Source: Bacteroidota bacterium (GTDB lineage Bacteria > Bacteroidota > Bacteroidia > AKYH767-A > JAHEYN01). Taken from it: a stretch of 64,000 nt of DNA. Both the position numbers and the translations under genes were made by a program. How positions within the stretch are numbered: position 1 is the first letter of the stretch; every line of letters begins with the position of its first letter. The stretch covers positions 11,535 to 75,534 of the forward strand of contig JAHEYN010000008.1 of assembly GCA_023251555.1 (NCBI GenBank), written 5' to 3'. Positions 1 through 10,127 of the stretch are shown here, in pieces. Under the pieces are notes generated by a model that was not told where the DNA came from, searched no databases, and saw nothing but the letters and a program-made list of their open reading frames with translations.

Positions 1-1
1 C

Positions 2-112
2 GAGGGCACCATTATGCTTTTCGTTCATGACACAGAACATCTTAACAAGCTCATCCGCAAGCTGACAGCCCTCAAAGGAATTCTTACTGTAAGCCGTATT
101 GACAATAACTAG
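2..112 (+). CDS. relA: 3' end of RelA/SpoT (p)ppGpp synthetase/hydrolase (ACT domain), partial
   Basis: Frame 2 reads EGTIMLFVHDTEHLNKLIRKLTALKGILTVSRIDNN*, a typical RSH C-terminal ACT ending; relA-fur-purA order is typical of Bacteroidota. Confidence 0.8.
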   Translation, partial: EGTIMLFVHDTEHLNKLIRKLTALKGILTVSRIDNN

Positions 113-146
113 AACCCATCTAATTTTGGATTCCGCCCTGAATTAT

Positions 147-154
147 TACTTTTG
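147..154 (+). promoter_or_regulatory. Bacteroidota housekeeping promoter -7 box
   Basis: TACTTTTG matches TAnnTTTG; TTTG at 125-128 is a possible -33 element. Confidence 0.6.
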
Positions 155-164
155 AAAAATTAAC

Positions 165-659
165 ATGAAAGGCAACAGCCGGAAAGAAACAGTCAGGAAA
201 ATATTTTCGGAATATCTGGCAAAAAATGCACACAGGAAAACTCCCGAGCGTTTTGCCATACTTGACGAAATTTATTCCATCAGCGGACATTTTGATATAG
301 AATCACTTTACCAGCGAATGAAAAGAAAGAATTACCACATCAGCGTTGCTACTATCTATAACACCATTGACCTCCTTATTGACTCAGACCTCATAGCGCG
401 GCACCAGTTTGGGAAAAACATGGCGCAGTATGAAAAATCCTATGAATACAGACAGCATGACCACATGATATGTGAAGACTGCCTGCGCGTGGTGGAATTC
501 TGCGACCCCCGCATCGGGCAAATCCAGACCATGACAGGAAAAATATTAGATTATACCATCACTCACCATTCCCTGAACCTGTACGGCAGGTGCAACAAAC
601 TGGCAGAAACCGGAAAATGCGATCACTTCTCCCAAAAAAACAAACAACATGCTATTTGA
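165..659 (+). CDS. fur: Fur family transcriptional regulator
   Basis: [23 protein letters not shown] helix-turn-helix, HDHMICEDC metal site. Confidence 0.93.
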   Translation: MKGNSRKETVRKIFSEYLAKNAHRKTPERFAILDEIYSISGHFDIESLYQRMKRKNYHISVATIYNTIDLLIDSDLIARHQFGKNMAQYEKSYEYRQHDHMICEDCLRVVEFCDPRIGQIQTMTGKILDYTITHHSLNLYGRCNKLAETGKCDHFSQKNKQHAI

Positions 660-993
660 TTACAAACTCGAGAAAAAAGGCAGTACCTGTATTATTCATC
701 TCAGCGGAAACCTTATTGAAGGCAACCAGGCTATTCCCCTGCTGAAGGAAACAGACAACATTCTGCAGGATGGTACAAGAGTAATTATTCTTGAGTTAAA
801 AAACCTCAAATATATGAATAGCATGGGCCTTGGGACTTTGATTACCATGCTGACCAAAGCCCGGAAAACTTCAGGGGAAGTAATCATATGCGGTGTTTCC
901 CAAAAAATCAAAGAGTTACTTATCATCACCAAACTGAATTCTGTATTTACCGTTACAGAAACCCTCGAAGAGGCGATTAAAAAAATAAAATAA
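649..993 (+). CDS. STAS-domain anti-sigma factor antagonist
   Basis: [12 protein letters not shown] (SpoIIAA/RsbV phospho-Ser motif), 114 aa. Confidence 0.88.
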   Translation: MLFDYKLEKKGSTCIIHLSGNLIEGNQAIPLLKETDNILQDGTRVIILELKNLKYMNSMGLGTLITMLTKARKTSGEVIICGVSQKIKELLIITKLNSVFTVTETLEEAIKKIK

Positions 994-995
994 GC

Positions 996-2276
996 ATGGC
1001 CGTTGATGTTTTGTTAGGTCTCCAGTGGGGAGACGAGGGAAAAGGAAAAATTGTGGACGTGATTACTCCCGGCTATAATGCCGTTGCCCGTTTCCAGGGA
1101 GGACCCAATGCCGGGCATTCACTGGAATTCAACGGTATCAAGCATGTGCTGCATACCATTCCTTCCGGCATCTTCAGGGAAGGCATTATCAATATTGTAG
1201 GCAATGGAGTCGTAATAGACCCGGTGGTCTTAAAAAAAGAAACGGATGCGCTCGCAAAACTTGGGGTGGATTTCAGATCCCGTTTGCTTCTCTCAAGGAA
1301 AGCACACCTCATCCTCCCCACACACCGGCTGCTGGATGCCGCTTCTGAAAAATCAAAAGGGAATGCAAAGATAGGTTCAACCCTCAGGGGCATAGGCCCC
1401 ACATATATGGACAAGACGGGGAGAAATGGCTTAAGAGTGGGTGATACCACTTCGGAAGACTTTAAAGACAAATACCGTTTTCTCATTGCAAAGCATGCCG
1501 AGATTCTTAAGTTTCAAGACTTCGCGTACAATCTCTCCGAGTATGAAAAAGAATGGTTTGAAGGAATTGAACTTGTAAAGTCTCTTCAGCACGTAGACAG
1601 CGAACATCTTTTAAACCGGTACCTCGAAGAGGGAAAAAGAGTGCTGGCGGAGGGAGCGCAGGGATCCATGCTCGACATTGATTTTGGTTCATACCCTTTT
1701 GTGACATCCTCCAACACCATCACAGCAGGAGCCTGTACGGGACTCGGCATTGCCCCCGGAAACATCGGAAAAGTTATCGGCATTTTCAAGGCCTACTGCA
1801 CCAGGGTTGGGAGCGGCCCTTTCCCTACCGAGCTTACCAATGAAACAGGAGAACATCTCCGCAAAAAAGGCCACGAATACGGGGCAACCACCGGGCGGCC
1901 ACGCAGGTGCGGATGGCTGGATCTTGTTGCACTAAAGTATGCCATCATGCTGAACGGAGTTACAGAACTTATCATGACAAAGGCAGATATACTCAGCGGC
2001 TTTAAAAAAATAAATGTATGCACTCACTACCTGCTGAACGGAAAAAAAATTGATTATGTACCTTACGAATCCGAAGGCATAACACCGGTGTACAAGGAGC
2101 TGCAGGGATGGAATGAAGACTTATCAGAGCTGAAATCTGTCAGCAGCATCCCGGACGAACTTAATGCCTATATCACATATATAGAAAAAGAGCTGAAAAC
2201 ACCGGTAACGATTGTTTCCGTTGGCCCTGACAGGAGGCAAACCCTCCCTAGGAGAGCCGTTTCCGCACACATCTGA
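996..2276 (+). CDS. purA: Adenylosuccinate synthase
   Basis: GLQWGDEGKGK, GGPNAGH, EGAQG, TTGRPRRCGWLD. Confidence 0.98.
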   Translation: MAVDVLLGLQWGDEGKGKIVDVITPGYNAVARFQGGPNAGHSLEFNGIKHVLHTIPSGIFREGIINIVGNGVVIDPVVLKKETDALAKLGVDFRSRLLLSRKAHLILPTHRLLDAASEKSKGNAKIGSTLRGIGPTYMDKTGRNGLRVGDTTSEDFKDKYRFLIAKHAEILKFQDFAYNLSEYEKEWFEGIELVKSLQHVDSEHLLNRYLEEGKRVLAEGAQGSMLDIDFGSYPFVTSSNTITAGACTGLGIAPGNIGKVIGIFKAYCTRVGSGPFPTELTNETGEHLRKKGHEYGATTGRPRRCGWLDLVALKYAIMLNGVTELIMTKADILSGFKKINVCTHYLLNGKKIDYVPYESEGITPVYKELQGWNEDLSELKSVSSIPDELNAYITYIEKELKTPVTIVSVGPDRRQTLPRRAVSAHI

Positions 2277-3802
2277 TGACTCTCCTCCATTCCCGATTCC
2301 ACAAGCACTTCCCGGTCTTTTTTTTTCTTCTTTTTTCCACTCTGCTATATGCCCAAAAAAACAAAAAAGTTGAACTTATTCATGCCAATGCCCTGACCTA
2401 CGATGAAACAGCCGGGGGAAAAGTGAGACACCTGACAGGCGATGTAAAATTCCGGCAGGACAACATTTTTTTGTATTGCGACAGCGCTTTCTTTTACAGT
2501 GAAACAAATGCCATTGATGCTTTCAGCAACGTACGCATTGTGCAGGGAGACTCTCTGAACCTTTACGGGGATGTATTAAAATACGACGGCAACAGGAAAC
2601 AGGCTGAAATGTTTCGTAACATCCGCATGAACGACGGAAAAATAACACTCACCACCGACCATATTTCCTATGATATGAAGCTGAACATTGCCAGTTACTC
2701 CGAAGGGGGAAAGATCATTGACGGGGACAATACCCTCACAAGCAAGACAGGGTATTATTATTCATCCCAAAAAGATTTTTTCTTTAAAAAAAACGTGGTG
2801 CTTCTCAACCCCGATTATAAAATGACATGTGACACCTTAAAATACAACGGTCCTTCGAAAGTGGCTTATTTTCTTTCACCTACTTTCATCACATCGAAGG
2901 AACATCTTATCTATTGCGAAAACGGATGGTACGACACCGAAAAAGGCACGTCAAGGTTCAGCAAAAACGCTTACCTGCAGTCGAAAGAACAGAAACTGAA
3001 AGGCGACAGCATACTCTTTGACCGTATAAGCGGCAATGGAAAGGCCTTCGGGAACATTGAAATAACGGATACCATTGAACGCATTGTTATCCGGGGAGAT
3101 TATGCGGAGTATTTCCAGAAGCATGACAGCGCCATGGTGACAGGACATACTCTCTTCATACAAATTTTTGAAACAGACTCCATGTACCTGCATGCCGACA
3201 CTCTCACTGCCTCAGGAGACTCTGCCGGAACTTCCGAAAAAAAACAAAAACGGATAATGGCTTACCACCATGTAAAAATTTTTAAGCCTGACCTACAGGG
3301 AAAGTGCGACTCTCTGGCATACTCGGCAAAGGATTCCAGCATGGAAATGTATAAAGCACCAATCCTTTGGTCAGATAAAAATCAACTCACCGCGGAACAT
3401 ATCTCTATGGAACTCAGCCGGAACCGGATCAGCAAACTGCTGATGCTTCGGTCATCATTTATCATATCGCAGGAAGATTCTGTACACTATAATCAGGTGA
3501 AAGGGAAAAAAATGACAGGGCATTTCGAAAACAACAAACTGCATGACATGCTTGTAGAAGGCAACGGAGAAACCATATATTACGCCAAAGACAACAACAA
3601 TAGATTTATAGGTGTAAACAAGGCAGTATGCAGCGATATCCTGATTTTAATTCACGAAAATAAAGTAAATGACATCAGCCTTCTGAAAAAACCAGAGGCC
3701 GCATTTCACCCCATGGGCGAACTGGGCAAGGAAGATCTTTTCCTCAAAGGATTCACATGGAGAGGAGATGAAAGGCCGGGAAGCAGGGAGGATATCTTCT
3801 GA
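2276..3802 (+). CDS. OstA-like (LptA/LptD N-terminal beta-jellyroll) exported protein
   Basis: Signal peptide; repeated LYCDSA, MTCDTL, YLHADTL, QGKCDSL beta-jellyroll motifs. Confidence 0.85.
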   Translation: MTLLHSRFHKHFPVFFFLLFSTLLYAQKNKKVELIHANALTYDETAGGKVRHLTGDVKFRQDNIFLYCDSAFFYSETNAIDAFSNVRIVQGDSLNLYGDVLKYDGNRKQAEMFRNIRMNDGKITLTTDHISYDMKLNIASYSEGGKIIDGDNTLTSKTGYYYSSQKDFFFKKNVVLLNPDYKMTCDTLKYNGPSKVAYFLSPTFITSKEHLIYCENGWYDTEKGTSRFSKNAYLQSKEQKLKGDSILFDRISGNGKAFGNIEITDTIERIVIRGDYAEYFQKHDSAMVTGHTLFIQIFETDSMYLHADTLTASGDSAGTSEKKQKRIMAYHHVKIFKPDLQGKCDSLAYSAKDSSMEMYKAPILWSDKNQLTAEHISMELSRNRISKLLMLRSSFIISQEDSVHYNQVKGKKMTGHFENNKLHDMLVEGNGETIYYAKDNNNRFIGVNKAVCSDILILIHENKVNDISLLKKPEAAFHPMGELGKEDLFLKGFTWRGDERPGSREDIF

Positions 3803-3869
3803 ACGGGCTGCAGTTGTGCAAACTGCCTGATTCCGCTTATTGTTCTGTTTTAATACCATAATACTCCGC

Positions 3870-6050
3870 ATGAAACACTTTCCAGTATTATTCTTCCTGA
3901 TCGTCTCCCTTAACAGTTGTGTTTATGCACAACAATCTTCAGGGGTACTAACCCTCGAAGATATATGGACCAGGAATACTTTCGCAGACGAGGGGACGGA
4001 TGACATCCGTTCCATGAATGACGATGAGTGCTACAGCACTATGCATTACACTGAACAGGGAAAGCTCCTGATACTAAAACAAAATTATTTCACAGGAAAA
4101 ATTACTGATACACTTTTCAGCCAGGAAAAAGCATCCGTACCTGCCCTCATCACCGGGTATGAATTCAGTCCGGATGAATCGCAAATACTCCTCACCACGG
4201 GGCATGAGAAAATATACCGTCACTCTTTCAAGGCTGATTTCTACCTTTTCGACAGAAAAACCAAATCTGTTTCCCCCCTTTCTGCCGGAGGAAAACAACA
4301 ATACCCCCTGTTTTCGCCAGATGGGAAAAAGGTTGCCTTCGTGAAAGAAAATAATCTTTACATAAAAGATCTCGCATCCGGTAAAGAAGATCAGCTTACC
4401 TCTGACGGAAAAGTGAACGCAATTATTAACGGTGCGTCGGACTGGGTTTATTCCGAGGAGCTTGACTTCGACAGGGCATTCGAATGGTCACCTGCAGGCG
4501 ACAAGATAGCCTTTTACCGTTTTGATGAATCAGATGTGAGGGAGTATACCATGCCTGTATATGACAGCCTTTACCCCAGCCTGCACAGATTCAAATATCC
4601 CAAAGCGGGTGAACAAAATGCAGATGTGAGAATCCTCGTAATCTCCCTCCCTGAAAAAGAAATAACAAGCATAAAAACCGGGGATGAAAAGGATTACTAT
4701 ATCCCAAGAATGAAGTGGACCCGGAACAACAACCTGCTTGCAATACTGAAAATGAACAGGCTGCAAAACAGGGTGGAACTTCTTATTGCAGATGCCGAAT
4801 CAGGCCAGTGCCATACTGTTCATACCGAAAAAAGTGAAACTTATGTTGAGATAACAAACGATCTTTTTTTTCTGAAAGATGGCAGGCATTACACATGGTC
4901 AAGTGAAAAAAGCGGGTATAATCATCTTTACCTCTGCAGCCTTGAGGACAGTTCAGAAACCGCACTCACGCATGGGAACTGGGACATGACGCAATTCTAT
5001 GGAATAGATGAAGAGAAAGGAGTTGCTTATTACCAGTCTGCGGAAGAATCTCCTTTGCAACGCCATATCTATTCAGTGCATACAGACGGCAGCGGGAAGA
5101 AAAAGATCTCTTCTGCTCCGGGAACGAACGATGCTGAATTCAGCAGGAGGTTCCGTTATTTTGTCAATACCCATTCTGATGCCAACACCCCTGAAGATAT
5201 CGCTATTTGCAGGCCGGATGGAAGAAAGATCCGGGTAGTTGCAGATAACGCTTCTCTTTGCAAGACCATAAAGCTTTTTCATATAAACAAAAAAGAGTTT
5301 TTCAGTTTTAAAACCTCAGGGGGAATTATGCTGAACGGGTGGATGATTAAGCCTCCCGGCTTCGATCCCTCAAACAAATATCCCGTATTCTTCAACGTAT
5401 ACGGGGGACCGGGTTCTCAGACAGTTACCGACAGCTGGGATTCGCGTTCCTACCTGTGGCACCAGTTGCTGGCGCAAAAAGGGTATATCGTGGTGTCGGT
5501 TGACAACCGTGGTACCGGCGCAAGGGGCACTGATTTTAAAAAGTGTACTTATCTCCGCCTTGGAGAGATTGAAACTGCCGACCAGGTGGAAGCTGCAAAA
5601 TACCTCTCCTCTCTTTCATACGTGGATGGAAAGAGGATAGGAATCTTCGGGTGGAGCTACGGCGGATACCTTACTTCATTGTGCATGACTAAAGGTGCTC
5701 CCTGTTTCAAAGCAGGCATCGCTGTTGCACCGGTAACCGACTGGAAATTCTACGACAGTATTTACACGGAGAGGTATCTGCGCACCCCTAAAGAAAATGA
5801 AGAGGGCTACGAAATCTCTTCAGTGCTGACATACACGGGTAAACTCGAAGGCAGCCTGCTCCTTATACACGGGACTGGAGATGATAACGTACATTTCCAG
5901 AATTCGGCGGAACTGGTAAAAAAACTAATTGCTTCAGGAATAAAGTTTGACTCCTTTTTTTACCCTGATAAAGACCATAGCATCGGCGGGGCAAACACCC
6001 GCCTGCATCTGTACTCAATGATGACCGATTTTATACTAAAAAACCTGTAA
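3870..6050 (+). CDS. Dipeptidyl-peptidase IV, family S9B
   Basis: DWVYSEE propeller motif, GWSYGG nucleophile, DDNVH, DKDH; ATG at 3870 gives a signal peptide. Confidence 0.95.
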   Translation: MKHFPVLFFLIVSLNSCVYAQQSSGVLTLEDIWTRNTFADEGTDDIRSMNDDECYSTMHYTEQGKLLILKQNYFTGKITDTLFSQEKASVPALITGYEFSPDESQILLTTGHEKIYRHSFKADFYLFDRKTKSVSPLSAGGKQQYPLFSPDGKKVAFVKENNLYIKDLASGKEDQLTSDGKVNAIINGASDWVYSEELDFDRAFEWSPAGDKIAFYRFDESDVREYTMPVYDSLYPSLHRFKYPKAGEQNADVRILVISLPEKEITSIKTGDEKDYYIPRMKWTRNNNLLAILKMNRLQNRVELLIADAESGQCHTVHTEKSETYVEITNDLFFLKDGRHYTWSSEKSGYNHLYLCSLEDSSETALTHGNWDMTQFYGIDEEKGVAYYQSAEESPLQRHIYSVHTDGSGKKKISSAPGTNDAEFSRRFRYFVNTHSDANTPEDIAICRPDGRKIRVVADNASLCKTIKLFHINKKEFFSFKTSGGIMLNGWMIKPPGFDPSNKYPVFFNVYGGPGSQTVTDSWDSRSYLWHQLLAQKGYIVVSVDNRGTGARGTDFKKCTYLRLGEIETADQVEAAKYLSSLSYVDGKRIGIFGWSYGGYLTSLCMTKGAPCFKAGIAVAPVTDWKFYDSIYTERYLRTPKENEEGYEISSVLTYTGKLEGSLLLIHGTGDDNVHFQNSAELVKKLIASGIKFDSFFYPDKDHSIGGANTRLHLYSMMTDFILKNL

Positions 6051-6055
6051 ACGGC

Positions 6056-6751
6056 TCAGAAAGGAATTCCGACCTTAAAGCCGGCCAGCAGCCGGGCTCC
6101 ATCCTTAGGAACTTTTTTATTACTCCCTGTGGCCTTGTTAATGTGCTCATAAAACCTGTTCACATTCCCGCTGGCATAATAAAGAAGGCTCATTCCCTCC
6201 CCTACATAAACATCCACTATAAAAACCTTGTTAATCACAGACTGGTAGCCTATTGTAGCTGCAGCCTGATATTCAGTTATGGAAAGTTTCTCAGGAGCAT
6301 AGTAAACAATACTGTCTTTATAATATGATCCATTATTATACTGGGTATGCACACTGTCGCCATCAAGTTCCTTGGTCTGCCCGATAAGGCCGATTTCGGG
6401 GCTGGCATAAAATCCGCCCGGCAGGTTGGGAAGGCGGTAAAGGTAAAAACGGATAGCAGGATTAAAATAATACCCCATTCTCGTTTTATACGGATAATCA
6501 TTTCCTATAACGCTGAGCACCACTGAATAGGGGTTGGTGATATAGGACATCCCGAGTACAATGCTCTTATTGGGAGTAATGAAACGTTCATAGGTAAGAG
6601 GAACCCATCCGCCAAGAGTATAAAGGGGATTGGTCTTAAACAGATTCTTAGGAAGTTTGGTTTGAGCAGTATCCTGAGAGAAAGATTTCCCGGGTAAAAT
6701 TGCCGATACTGCAAGAAGCAGTACTGCAACTGTAATCTTACGTATATTCAT
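6056..6751 (-). CDS. Small outer-membrane beta-barrel protein (DUF3575-like)
   Basis: Signal peptide, N-terminal KTNP...YER motif, alternating beta strands, C-terminal GFKVGIPF. Confidence 0.6.
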   Translation of the reverse strand: MNIRKITVAVLLLAVSAILPGKSFSQDTAQTKLPKNLFKTNPLYTLGGWVPLTYERFITPNKSIVLGMSYITNPYSVVLSVIGNDYPYKTRMGYYFNPAIRFYLYRLPNLPGGFYASPEIGLIGQTKELDGDSVHTQYNNGSYYKDSIVYYAPEKLSITEYQAAATIGYQSVINKVFIVDVYVGEGMSLLYYASGNVNRFYEHINKATGSNKKVPKDGARLLAGFKVGIPF

Positions 6752-7311
6752 TTCATAGAAGAGTTAGTATACAGACGCAAAAGTAATGAATTTATTCTTG
6801 TTGTTACCATTCATTTCCTTAAAACGGGAAATGTCTTAATTGGAAAGAAGTGCGTTCAGATCTCCTTCCCCGTAATCATGATTTCAAAGAAACTGGAGCA
6901 TACAAATTATAATCTTGACTTCTTGATAAAAAAATAACTTTCAATTAAACTGTGTCGGGAAGTTATTTAAAAAAGATATTTTATCGCTTTACGATTTTTT
7001 CCTGTTCTTACTTGTCCTATATTAGCAACTGGACTGGTCCGGGCAAATATCACCCGTATACATAATATAACTAAAAATATTCATTATTTTTCAGGCTGTA
7101 CGCCTATATGCCTGCATTCTCAGAGAAAAAAATAGATATTTAACTTATTTATATTAAAAAAATAAGAATAAAATTCCAGAAGTTTGTTTTGTGTAACTTT
7201 ATGTCTTTACAGACGCGACGGCAGAAAGTGATAATCAGATACACATATGACATTCTGCTGCCGGGCAGAAATGACAGGCCACAACAGCACCAGAACAAAT
7301 CAATCAACACC

Positions 7312-9084
7312 ATGCGTAAAAAGTTTACCTTAAAAGATGTTCTCCGTCTGTCATTTATAGTGACAGTTTTATGTTTTTTCACTTTGCGATCCCCTTCAAT
7401 GCCGCCATCTTCTGCCACAGCCTTTCAGCCCAACAGCACAGCCGTATTCCAGGGCACTGAAAACAATGAGGTTATAGGGGTTAGCATCAGTGCCGGCACC
7501 AGCGGAAATGCCACGAGTTTTACATTTAACACCACCGGTACAACCAATACCGTTGATATCGCCAATGCCAAGCTCTGGTGCACTGTATTCTGTCCTTCTT
7601 TCATGAGTTCGGATACGAATACCGTAACATACAGCCTTTACGGGACAGGGCCTGCGTCACCCAACGGTGCTTTTACAATCACTGGCAGCGTTCCCCTGGT
7701 GTCCGGCAAAACTTATTACTTCTGGCTGACATTTGATGTGGTGTGCAGTTCTTCCGTAACTGATGTAATAGATGCCCAGTGTACGAGCCTTATTTATAAC
7801 GGCTCCACTTTAACTCCTTCAACCACCAATCCTGCAGGAAGCAGAACTATCTCAGCGCCTCTGTCGCCCAACATCGTACCCAATCCTGATTTCGAGGTCT
7901 ATACCTCATGTCCCACAATGGTAGGGCAACCCGGCAGGGCAGCGCCATGGTATATGCCGACAACGGGGACATCCGATTATTGTAATGCCTGCGCCCCTTA
8001 TGCCACCACATGGGCAAGCGTTCCCCAGAACAGCTGGGGCACACAAGCTGCTTATTCCGGAAACGGCTACGGAGGGGTATACTGCTATAATGGCTCATCC
8101 ATAGCTCCCTGGGCCAATTACAGGGAATACCTCCAGACACCCCTGAGCACATCTTTGGTGGCAGGAAACACATATACAGCACAGATGTATGTGAATGCTG
8201 CAGATAACAACACCTGTGGGGTGGATAAAATAGGAATGTACTTTTCTGCAGGGCCGCTGTTCAATTTTTCTTCTTCCACCCTTTATACAGTCACGCCCCA
8301 GGTAAGCAATACGACCGGCAGCTTTCTGAATGACAAGGTAAACTGGGTTTTAATCAGCGGGACATTCACTGCTGCAGGCGGAGAAAACTATTTAACCATA
8401 GGTAATTTTTCAGATGACCCCACCACCATAGCAGGCACCGGATGCGTGTTCGGCCCAGTGTCTTATTATTACGTTGACAATGTGTCAGTGCAACACACCA
8501 GCGGATCGGGAAGTCCTCCATGCGGGGCACTGCCTTCAGGTTTGCTTTCCCTGACAGGATATACTGAAGGAAACGATATTATTATACAATGGATAACAGC
8601 AAACGGTGTGAACAATGCTTATTTTATCATTGAAAGAAGCAAAGACGGGAAAACATTTGAAGTACTGTCCATGGTGAAAGGATCCGGGAATTCCAATGCG
8701 CAAATGCATTACTCTTTTACAGACGAAAAACCATTCCGGGGAACCAATAATTATTATCGTTTGAAACAGGCGGATTTCGACGGTAATTATTCTTATTCGC
8801 AAACTATTTCCGTAATGGCCGGGCAGGGTTGTGAACTTTCGTTTAATGTTTATCCCAATCCTGCATGTTCTGTTCTGAGCTGTAAGTTCTTGTCTGAGAA
8901 AACAGCCAATGTGCGTATCCGGGTGGCCGATATACTGGGCAATGTGCTGCTGGAAGATGAAACACAGGCAGCGAGGGGATCAAACTTATACACGCTGAAC
9001 ACAGGCAGGCTTCCTCAGGGAATTTATTTTGTAACGCTTGAATGCGGAAACAAACAATTAAAGGATAAATTCATTAAACAATAG
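7312..9084 (+). CDS. T9SS type A cargo: BNR-neuraminidase-N-like Ig domain + carbohydrate-binding-like domain + CTD
   Basis: GTTNTVDIANAKLW...YFWLTFDV; NIVPNPDFE...YREYLQTPL...YYYVDNVSV; IERSKDG...YYRLKQADFDG; VYPNP...GIYFV...KFIKQ. ATG 7312 preferred over GTG 7189. Confidence 0.85.
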   Translation: MRKKFTLKDVLRLSFIVTVLCFFTLRSPSMPPSSATAFQPNSTAVFQGTENNEVIGVSISAGTSGNATSFTFNTTGTTNTVDIANAKLWCTVFCPSFMSSDTNTVTYSLYGTGPASPNGAFTITGSVPLVSGKTYYFWLTFDVVCSSSVTDVIDAQCTSLIYNGSTLTPSTTNPAGSRTISAPLSPNIVPNPDFEVYTSCPTMVGQPGRAAPWYMPTTGTSDYCNACAPYATTWASVPQNSWGTQAAYSGNGYGGVYCYNGSSIAPWANYREYLQTPLSTSLVAGNTYTAQMYVNAADNNTCGVDKIGMYFSAGPLFNFSSSTLYTVTPQVSNTTGSFLNDKVNWVLISGTFTAAGGENYLTIGNFSDDPTTIAGTGCVFGPVSYYYVDNVSVQHTSGSGSPPCGALPSGLLSLTGYTEGNDIIIQWITANGVNNAYFIIERSKDGKTFEVLSMVKGSGNSNAQMHYSFTDEKPFRGTNNYYRLKQADFDGNYSYSQTISVMAGQGCELSFNVYPNPACSVLSCKFLSEKTANVRIRVADILGNVLLEDETQAARGSNLYTLNTGRLPQGIYFVTLECGNKQLKDKFIKQ

Positions 9085-9178
9085 CAATCCGGCGGACAGC
9101 AGTGCTATCCGCTGCTTTATTATCTCTTCCGGGTTAAAATTGCCAGGCACTGCAGCCATTCCCTTGCGCTATAATTTA

Positions 9179-9186
9179 TACCTTTG
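9179..9186 (+). promoter_or_regulatory. -7 promoter box upstream of tatC
   Basis: TACCTTTG matches TAnnTTTG. Confidence 0.55.
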
Positions 9187-9206
9187 CTTTCATTAAATTG
9201 GTATTA

Positions 9207-9260
9207 CCCCGGGGCAAGCTCCGGAGCCTCTCGTCCGCCGTAGCGGAACGCGGAGGCGGA
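9207..9260. repeat. Two adjacent GC-rich REP-like hairpins in the tatC leader
   Basis: CCGGGGC-AA-GCTCCGG (9209-9224) and TCCGCC-GTAGCGGAACGCGGA-GGCGGA (9234-9260) in an otherwise AT-rich spacer. Confidence 0.5.
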
Positions 9261-9270
9261 TTAAAATTAT

Positions 9271-10101
9271 ATGCCGGAAGAAACTGCAAATAAGATAGAA
9301 AATAAAGTTGCCGAGATGTCCTTTCTCGGGCATCTTGAGGCTCTCCGCTGGCACCTTATCCGGTCGGCCATAGCGGTCATTGGCATTGCCACCACGGCAT
9401 TCTGTTTCAAGAGTTTCATTTTTGACCAGGTACTCCTCGCCCCCAAACACACAGACTTCCTCACCTACAGGCTTCTATGTAAAATGGCCACGCTGCTTCA
9501 ACTGGGGGACGACTTCTGTATAAAAGAGATTCCTTTCAGGCTCCAGAGCGTGGATCTTTCCGGGCAGTTCACCACACACATGACCGTATCAGTGATCACA
9601 GGGCTGGTGCTTGCCGCCCCATACATCTTCTGGGAATTATGGCGTTTTGTCAAACCTGCACTTTATGAAAAAGAAAGAAAGTATGCACGCGGAATTGTTT
9701 TCTATGCCTCCTCTCTTTTTCTCACAGGAGTTCTTTTCGGGTATTACCTTGTCACACCCCTCTCCATTAACTTTCTCGGCGCCTACCAGGTGAGTCCGGA
9801 AGTGGAAAATCGTATCAGTCTTGATTCTTTTATCTCCACAGTAACAACCATGACACTGATTTCGGGTGCAGTTTTTGAACTTCCTATCGTCATTTATTTC
9901 CTTTCAAAAATAGGGCTTATCACCCCTGCTTTTATGCGCAAATACAGAAGACATGCCGTGGTGGTGATCCTAATCCTTGCCGCCGTAATCACTCCTACCT
10001 CCGACATTCCTACCATGCTGCTCGTGGCATCTCCCTTGTATATTCTTTATGAAGCAAGTATTTTTGTTTCAAGGCGGGTTCTTAAAAACAAGTCCGTCTG
10101 A
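9271..10101 (+). CDS. tatC: Twin-arginine translocase subunit TatC
   Basis: MSFLGHLEALRWHL, WRFVKPALY, FELP, AAVITPTSD. Confidence 0.96.
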   Translation: MPEETANKIENKVAEMSFLGHLEALRWHLIRSAIAVIGIATTAFCFKSFIFDQVLLAPKHTDFLTYRLLCKMATLLQLGDDFCIKEIPFRLQSVDLSGQFTTHMTVSVITGLVLAAPYIFWELWRFVKPALYEKERKYARGIVFYASSLFLTGVLFGYYLVTPLSINFLGAYQVSPEVENRISLDSFISTVTTMTLISGAVFELPIVIYFLSKIGLITPAFMRKYRRHAVVVILILAAVITPTSDIPTMLLVASPLYILYEASIFVSRRVLKNKSV

Positions 10102-10127
10102 AAAATCCACACAAGCCCCGCCCCTGC

